Source: Octopus sinensis
Taxonomy: Eukaryota
Reading direction: 5' to 3'
Assembly (NCBI RefSeq): GCF_006345805.1
Contig: NC_043013.1
Span: 41,726,001-41,790,000, forward strand
DNA: 64,000 nt
A program made the translations under genes and the position numbers. The notes beneath the pieces were generated by a model. It had not been told where the DNA came from. It made no database searches and saw only the letters and a program-made list of their open reading frames with translations. Of the stretch, positions 54,740-64,000 are shown piece by piece. Position 1 is the first letter of the stretch. Every line of letters starts with the position of its first letter.

Positions 54740-56180
54740 TACGTCAATACCGGTTGGCAAACTGTATGGGAGAATTTTGATTGTAAGGGTGATGAACCAG
54801 ACAGAGAGTGTACTAGGGGAGGAGCAGTGCGGTTTTAGGATTGGAAGTGGGTGTGCAAATCAGATATTTGTAGTAAGGCAGATGTGCGAGAAGTCCGTGG
54901 CAAAAAGGAGGGATGTGTATTGGGCCTTTATGGACCTAGAGAAGGCATATGACTGAGTGGAAAGGAATGCAATGTGACAAGTGTTGCTGTTGTATGGAGT
55001 AGGTGGTAGATTGTTGAGAGCTGTACAGAGTTTCTATAGAGAAAATAGGGCGTGCGTTAGGGTGAGTGGTGAAGTGAGTGGTTAGGGTTGTGGGATGTTT
55101 CCGTGGCTGTTTAATCTATATATGGATGGTGTGGTAAGAGAGGTGAATGCTAGAACCGTTTGTAGGGATCCCAAATGGTGGAAGAAAATGGAGAGAACTG
55201 ACAGGTGAGCCAGTGGTTGTTTGCTGGTGATACGGCACTGGTGGCGGATTCAGAAGAACAACAGAAGAAACCGGTGGTAGAGTTTGGAAGAGTGTGTGAG
55301 AGGAGGAAACTGAAAGTGAATGTAACTAAGAGTAAGGTGATAAGATGTTCGAGAGATGGAATGGCTGGTAGGATGAATATGAATATAAACGTTGAGATGT
55401 TAGAGGAGGTGTGTGTTTCAAGTATCTGGGATCACATGTGACGGTGGCTGAAGGGTTGGCTGAGGATGTGGGATATAGAGTGAGGGAGGGGAGTAACACA
55501 TTTGGAGTTGTGAAAGGTTTGCTGAGAGATATAAGGTTGAGTGTGAAAGCGAAAAGAGGTGTGTATGAGGGCGTGATTGTGCTGACGTTATATGGTGCAG
55601 AGACGTGGGCGACTAGATGTGTTTGAGGTGACATGTTAGAAGGCTATGGTTGGTGTAACACGGATAGACAGGATGAGGAATGAGGCGGTACGAGGGCGAG
55701 CAGGAATGAGAGAAAATCTAACAACCAGAATGGATAGGCGAATGTTGAGCTGATTTGGTCACGTGGAGAGGATGAATGAGGAGCAGATGGTAAGGAGAGT
55801 GATGAAGGCAGAAGTGGTAAGCAGCAGAACCAGCGGCACACCGCGGTTTGTTTGGATGGATGGAGTGAGGGAAGCTTTGGTGGTTAGAGGTGTTGGAGTG
55901 AGAGAGGCAAGAGAGTTTACAAATGATAGGAAAGCTTGGAGAGTGTTTGTGGACGGATGAGTGAATTTGATGTTGCTCAAAGGATACGGAATCAGCATGA
56001 TGTGGCGGGAGTAAACTAGCACATGCTGTGGGTCCCCGCTGCGGATATCGGGGGTTGCGTTCTATGCCTTGACTCGAGCATAAGACGGAGCTCGCTTTTT
56101 GAACTGGGAGATGAATGGAATGCCTGGTGTGTGTCTTGTTGTGGCTACCCACTCCTAAAAAATGGGAAATAGGCCTGGGT
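54740..56180 (+). mobile_element. RTE-clade LINE, 5'-truncated and decayed, followed by (GATA)n
   Basis: EEQCGFRIGSGCANQIF, AFMDLEKAYD, PWLFNLYMDGVVREV, LFAGDTALVADSEE, FKYLGS, LYGAETW, FGHVERM; several stops and frameshifts. Confidence 0.92.
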
Positions 56181-56189
56181 ATATATAGA

Positions 56190-56792
<603 letters not shown>

Positions 56793-57853
56793 CCTATATA
56801 TAATTTCTAAACACTTTTTCCTTTCTTTCTCTAAACACTTTTTCCTTTCTTTCTCTCAATCTCACTATAACCTTCTTTATTTGCCCCATCTATCTTTCTT
56901 CCACTCTCTACTATCTGTCGTTCCCTTTTCCCTTCTCCTCATTCCTTTTGTTTCTTTTTCTCATCCTCTTTCTTGTCCCAGTTCCCCTCTGTATCTGTTA
57001 CTCACATGTGGCTACAGGCCATTTCTCTTGCCCTGTCTTTTCTGAACTAGACGTTCACAGAGTTGGATGTCATTTTCCTCGACTCCCGACATTTTTCTTC
57101 TACTATTTTCTTCTCTTCTAATTATTCTATTTCCTTGAAAAAAATTTCTCCCATTACAATTCGTCTTGACCTAACGACCCTTAATGTTTGTCTTCATCGA
57201 TTGTTTACTCTGTACGTCCACCCGGTCGTTGTTTGTTCATCCGAGGCTCAAACTCTATGTGAATCTTATATTTTAAAAATGTCTGGATGCTGCTGTCTTA
57301 TGAAGTTCCCTATATTGTCGTTAGAAGCACGAACTAGGAGTAATAAACAATCCGACAACTGATGAGGAGTTATCGCCTTTTGGTATTTTATCAAGTACTT
57401 TTCTCTCGTGTGTTTACATGTGTGGGGGTGCGTATGTATATGTGTGTGTATGCAGTTGGGCTACACTATCCAGTGGTACGTATCGATCCTCGACCTTCTG
57501 CAACACAAGGCATCCTGAAGATTTCAGAGGTTCTCTGCTGTGTTGTGTAGTATCTTATACATGATGCATTTCATACTTAACCTGCAAGTGCGATTGTAGC
57601 AATCTCGTTTAATCCATTCTTTGCTTTTTATTGTTATTTTACACCACACTGGCGTTCTGTCTTCAACTGTGGATAATCTTGGAACAGCGGATAACAAAAC
57701 ACCAAAAAAGATTCTTGATTGCTTACCTGTTGATTTCTGTTCGCCGTATAACCATGCCGTGTGCTTCGCTTTGATGTAACCAATCTTAATTGATCCTCTT
57801 TAATCCAGGTATGTGTATATATATATAATATATATATATATATAATATATATG

Positions 57854-57900
<47 letters not shown>

Positions 57901-59204
57901 GTATTTATGTATGTATGTATACAGTTGCGGCCAGAATGTTCAGAACGGCATTGTTTTCGCCAGAAAAGTAGGTATTAGTTTTTATCAAAGTTGTTTTATA
58001 TTGTATAATTTTCACACACAATAAATACGATATTAATTGTTGTTGTCTGAGATTTTGGTGTAATTTGAGAGGATAATACAAAAGTATTATCTTTCTAATT
58101 CATCACTCTTTACAGTTCTTATCTTTTAAACTTATTGTACAAAACTGTTCAGATGATTTGTAAGTTTGTCTAATTAGTCACTTTTTCCTGTATTTAAGGT
58201 AGTAAATTAGCTAAATTTTACTTAAATATGTATAGCGTTATTTGTAAACTATAATAAAATAATTTTTAATATTCAAATTTTACTTTTAGGTGCAGTATTA
58301 CTTTTCATGCTCGCATTTTTCCATGTAATCCATGATTTTTCCAGGCATTGCTGTTATAAGATAATTCATAATGCTTCAATTAATAATTTAAGATTTTGCC
58401 TTATAAAATACTGAAAGATAATATTTCAAGTTTTCCATGTAAGTGATGATAATATTTCAATTCTTTTCATGTTTGATTTAAATATATGTTGTGATTGAAT
58501 TATTTGATATTACCCATCCATACCAAATTAATTCCAGGGAATTTTATCATCTTGTTGTTTGTTTGCATTATGGCTCACCAAAAGTTACAAACAAGAAGAC
58601 CCCAAAACCATCAGCTACCAGGCTCGCCTTAAGTAACTAAAAAGGGAAAACAAAAAAGCAGAAAGGGAAAATTAATAATAAAAATGAAACTTACCCTAAT
58701 TCAACAGCATATTAAAAATAACTTTATTAAATACTTAATTAAATTTTTAAAAATAAAATATACGAAATGTAAAGTCAACCTCGGCAGAATTTGAACTCAA
58801 AGACAGACGATATATCGATAAGAATTTCAGCCAGCATGCTGACGTTTCTGTCAACTCACCGCATTAGAATATGGACATCCATTTTGGAAATATATTCTTA
58901 TCGTAGCTTGGGGCGTTACTTCTTACTTCCTCGCTTACTGACAATAAATTTCATTACATTTCACCTCATACATTTTTTCTACTAATTTTTGTTCAATGCG
59001 ACTAACGATTCTGAATTCCTCTTGCATTTTTCTATTGTTTAAGCCTAAGAAAACTATACTTTTATTTTAAGATAAAAACATTTATGTTAATTGAAGAGGA
59101 ATAGGTGCCTTACTGCGCCCCCCCCCTTTGAAGTCGCAGATATTTCGATGTAACTTTTTCTACTGAACCAAATCTCAAACTATTTATGCCGGGTAATATG
59201 TCGG

Positions 59205-59518
59205 TTGCGACAACGAGAGTTCCTATTGATCCAATCAATGGAACAGCTTGCTCGTGAAATTAACGTGCAAGTGGTTGAGTACTCCACAGACACGTATACC
59301 CTTAACGTAGTTCTCAGGGAGATTCAGCTTGACACATAATGTGACAAGGCTGGCCCTTTGAAATACAGGTACTATTTAATTTTTGCCAGCTGAGTGGACT
59401 GGAGCAAAGTGAAACATAAAGTGTCTTGCTCAAGGACACAGCGCGCCGCCGGGAATCGAACTGACGACCCTATAATCGAGAACCGAATTTCCGTAACCAC
59501 TAAGCCACGCGCCTTCAC
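59205..59518 (-). mobile_element. Family D SINE
   Basis: Head GAAGGCGCGTGGCTTAGTGG...CAGTTCGATTCC on the reverse strand; CORE-like CCTTGAGCAAGACACTT. Confidence 0.8.
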
Positions 59519-60291
59519 TGATTAGTATCATAGAAGGGAGGTGATAACTTTGTATTGACGGTCCGAGATATAATAATGTTTACACTTAGCAAATATTTGA
59601 AATGTCTGTATGGTGTTGAAAACTAGATATACGCAGGTCGTCAAATAATTGTACACGTTAGTAATGAATAGAAAGAAATAAACTAAACGATATATAATTA
59701 CTTCTACCTCCATGCGAAACAGAAGAGAAACGACCACAACTTCTCTCTCGACTAATGAGAAAACCATTGAAGGAAAATGACATGCCACGTAAATGCTAGA
59801 AATAGTAATACGTTTAATAATAGGAAAACTTTTGGCGCTCATTATGCATCAGAAATTTAAAATCGAAGAGCGTTAGTCAGCCATCATGATTAAGAACACC
59901 CTTTCACTGCTGGTCGGTGGAAGGGACTTGTCTGCGAGAGAGAAGAAAATTCTACTGCTCAACAGATATTAGCTACGTCTTAAACAAACAAAACCTCATA
60001 CAGTTCTCGGATGGAAAACACACACATGTACACATACACACACAACCATATATATAAATACATACATATATATATATATACATTTATATGTACATATATA
60101 TATAAATATATATATATATACATATATATATATACACACACACATATTTATATATATATATGTATGTATGTATGTATTTATATAAGAGTAATGCGTTGCG
60201 TCATATGATTTTAAAATATTTATTGCAATTTTTGTAATATAATAGAAAAATATGACGACTCATATATATATTAAATAGCGCAATATTTCAG

Positions 60292-60407
<116 letters not shown>

Positions 60408-60874
60408 TATATATAAACAAAGAGAGATACACATATTATATATATATATATACACGCATATACATACATACATACATACATATATATATGTGTGTGTGTG
60501 TGTGTGTACGTATATGTATGCATATTATGTATGGTTTGTATGTGTAGATATGTGTGTAAGCGCGCACGCACGCACACACATCCGTAGATTTTATCAAATA
60601 TTATTTAGAAAGTCTAACATCCTTATCTTGATGGTATGCGGAAGCTGACTGCGAATGTAGACGCGAGGGCTCTCATCTCAGCCCCACCCAGCTTCAATGG
60701 AATTGGTATATCTTCTAACCTATCATAATATTTTGCATAACTGGTAGTCTGAGAAGTTATTTGGTACCAGCTCAGCCCTGATCGAGTGCACCCATATTCA
60801 AAGTTATGCCAACCGTTATCATCCTGTCTTCTTGGTGTATATCAAGGGCCCTAAGTGATTAATATTTGGAGGAA

Positions 60875-61095
60875 TTAAGGTGGCCAGCTAGCAGAACCGT
60901 TAGCACGTCGGACAAAATGCTAAGCGGCATTTAGTCTGTCTTTACGTTCTGAGTTTAAAATTACATCGAGGTCGACCTCGCCTTTCACTCTTTTGGGGTT
61001 GATAAAATAAGTACCAGTCGAAAACACTGGGATCGATGTAATTGACGTACCCTCGCCCCGAAATTGCTGGCCTTGCGCCAAAATTTTAAATCAAT
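60875..61095 (+). mobile_element. Family B SINE monomer, diverged
   Basis: Head GGTGGCCAGCTAGCAGAACCG; same internal domain as 9594-10168. Confidence 0.78.
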
Positions 61096-62099
61096 ATCTG
61101 GAAGAATTTTGCTGTCATTTCTAGCTGATCGAATGACCATATGGAAGCTTCTTCGTTTTTCCGGCTTCACGGCGATTGTTTTTGCTTCGAACTTTACGCT
61201 ACTTACATATATCTCCAGCTTCACGGCTTTCTAATTATTTTACATATTGATTTGCAAAAAGAACTGCAATCGTGTAATGCAATACAAACTAGTGCCACAC
61301 TGCAGCCTACTGTAAACCATCAGAGGTCGAAGACAAATTTTTAAACCTTGGATTATATAAATAAACGATACACTCTTAAAGACATTCACTTCGTCTCAGA
61401 GCGCGAAGAGCTGGAACGAAGGACGCAAGGCATCCTTGTCGGTGCTCTAATAACTCCGTCAAATTAAATGTAATCGAATGTAATTTAACCAGGAAAGCTC
61501 GTGGACGAATTCAAAATGTTGATTTGGCTTAAGGAGGCGTTTCGATATTTTTCCATTGCCAACAAGCAAGGAACGTAGAGAAAGTTTTATCCTCTTGGCT
61601 ACAAACTAGAAAATGAAAAGTAAAATGAAGTGAAGAAGCAATGTGGTAACACATATTATGGTTCGAAATTGGAAGAAGCTAGTTTGGTAACCAGGTTTCC
61701 ATATTATGTCTTCTCTGGGGAGTGGACAACAAACTGCGAAATAGTCCATCAGGAAACTCCCTCTACTACCATTTTGTCAGCACATCAAAAGCATATAAGG
61801 AATGTTTTCGTCCCTAGTCCACCCACAGCTAGGGTATGTAATATGTAACATATAAATATATGTTATTTTATGTTTTGACTTCTTTCAGTAATTGGAGTGC
61901 GACCATGCTGGAGCATCGCCTTCAAGGGTTTCAGTCGAATAAATCAATCAAAATATTTGTGCTTGAGTTTTATAACTAACACATATTCTATCGGTTTCTT
62001 TCAACGAACTGCTAGGTAATTGGTAGGTAAACAAACCAGCATCGGTTGTCAGGCGTTGAACATAAACACAAACCACACACACACACGAGTAAACATATT

Positions 62100-62282
62100 T
62101 ATATATATATGTGTGTATGTGTTTGTGTCTCGTATACGTAAATACATACATACATACATACACACATACATACATACATACATACATACATACATACATA
62201 CATACACACATACATACATTCATACATACATACATACATACATACATACATACATACATACATACATACATGCATACATACA

Positions 62283-62316
<34 letters not shown>

Positions 62317-62645
62317 CATACATACATACATATATACATACATACATACATACATACATACATACACACATACATACATTCATACATACATACAACATAC
62401 ATACATACATACATACATACATACATACATACATACATACATACGTACATACATACATGCCTGCATACATACATACATACATACATACAAACATACATAC
62501 ATACATACATACATACATACATACATACATACATACATACATACATACATACATACATACATACATACATACAAACATACATACATACATACATACATAC
62601 ATACATACATACATACATACATACATACATACATACACACATTCA

Positions 62646-62677
<32 letters not shown>

Positions 62678-62711
62678 CATACAAACATACATACATACAT
62701 ACATACATACA
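62100..62711 (+). repeat. (TACA)n microsatellite
   Basis: Direct reading. Confidence 0.97.
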
Positions 62712-63112
62712 ATAGTAATTTGGAATAGAAAAGAGAAACTGTGTACAGTTGTGGAAATCAGCCGCCCAGTGGATGTTAACATAAAGCTGAGGATCAGCGA
62801 AAAAGAAAATACCACGAATTATTAAGAAATCGGCAGTTACTCTATCCAGATTACAGGTTCAGGTTTATACCTGTAATTACTGGGGCACTGGGATATGTAA
62901 CACAGCCTAAATACCAATCTTGAGAAATTAGGCTCCATAAAATCAGAAAGGAGAACGCTAATTCGAAAACTATAAATACAAGCCATCACTGGAACTGTAA
63001 AAATCTGTAAAACTTTCCCGAAGTTTATCATTTAAGTATATATGAGCATGTCTAGATATGCAAGTATATGCATGAGAAGGTATCCATAAAACAGAACATA
63101 CCCATCTGCACA
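62712..63112 (+). mobile_element. Longest copy of the (TACA)n-associated LINE 3' end, including the RLE domain
   Basis: IVIWNRKEKLCTVVEISRPVDVNIKLRISEKENT...FRFIPVITGALGYVT/LNTNLEKLG...TGTVKICKTFPKFII*, with (TACA)n on both sides. Confidence 0.85.
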
Positions 63113-63706
63113 TCATAATACATACATACATACATACATACATACATACATACATACATACATACATACATAGAATATATCAGGTAATCTCATTCAATTA
63201 AATTAGTTGTCTACCTGTGTAAAACGATAAACGTCTACGTGTAAAAGTTAGGTCGGAATGCTCCGGAGAACAACGTGACATGCAACAACAACAACAACAC
63301 AACAACAACAACACTAGCAACAACGATCAATTAGCTAAGTATTGTGTTACAGCACTGTTTTAAGTTGCTAGCTTGAATCTGGCGAACATTCCACATTGTC
63401 GTTATCGATGATATCAACACGAGATACCGTGTGATAAACATGCAACGCGTTTATCTCACGGTAAATTCCTGAATGGAATGGAAATGTGATAACAGCGGTG
63501 CGTAGCTACCTATCTCTCTCAGCGATACACTTTGAATTTGCTGGCGGCTGGCTGCCATTGCAGGAAAACCATACTAATAATCAATACCGTGATTTTCTTC
63601 ATTAAATCTCTCTGTTCGTCTGCAGCACCGCCTTGCAATATACTAACCAACGTATACATAGATACATACATGCATACATATATGCATACATATACACGTA
63701 CGTACA

Positions 63707-63751
<45 letters not shown>

Positions 63752-64000
63752 GTACGTAAGCACGTAAGAACCTACGTACATGCATACATATATACATACA
63801 TACACGAGTGTGTACGAACATTTATTCATATATATATATATATACAGGTATGCATACAAACACACACATATATACATAGGTATACATACATACATACATA
63901 CATATATATAGATACACACATCCATACATGCACATACATGCATACAAACACACATACATACATGCATACACACATACATACATACATACATACATACATA

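Noticed and set aside
57921-57950. TA|CAGTTGCGGCCAGAAT as a Tc1 left TIR
   Set aside because: No matching right TIR or transposase was found in the window.

Overview
Repeat-saturated, AT-rich eukaryotic DNA. The tRNA-derived SINE families, R4/Dong LINEs and dense (TA)n/(TACA)n/(GATA)n/(TTA)n/(GGT)n microsatellites suggest an octopus genome (inferred from repeat content, not proven). A 100-N gap lies at 15398-15497. I could not recognise any host protein-coding exon. Most ORFs in the track are microsatellite read-through, so the window is probably intergenic or deep in a large intron. The recognisable coding sequence all belongs to mobile elements: Tx1/L1-clade 3' ends in (GATA)n, R4/Dong elements in (TAA)n (one near full length), a second restriction-like-endonuclease (RLE) LINE family found only in (TACA)n, a 5'-truncated RTE, a decayed full-length DD41D mariner, two Tc1 N-terminal fragments, Penelope-like pieces in (TA)n and a hAT MITE. 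The most notable observations are: (i) each retroelement family associates with its own microsatellite, including an apparent (TACA)n-targeting family with a recurrent ~210-bp form; (ii) a tandemly multimerised SINE carries a 3' module homologous to the local Tx1 LINE 3' end; (iii) fold-back inversions recur at microsatellite-bounded insertions; (iv) a duplicated and inverted ~1.65-kb unit later received two nested Dong insertions with a shared target-site duplication (TSD). Coordinates were counted by eye and are approximate.
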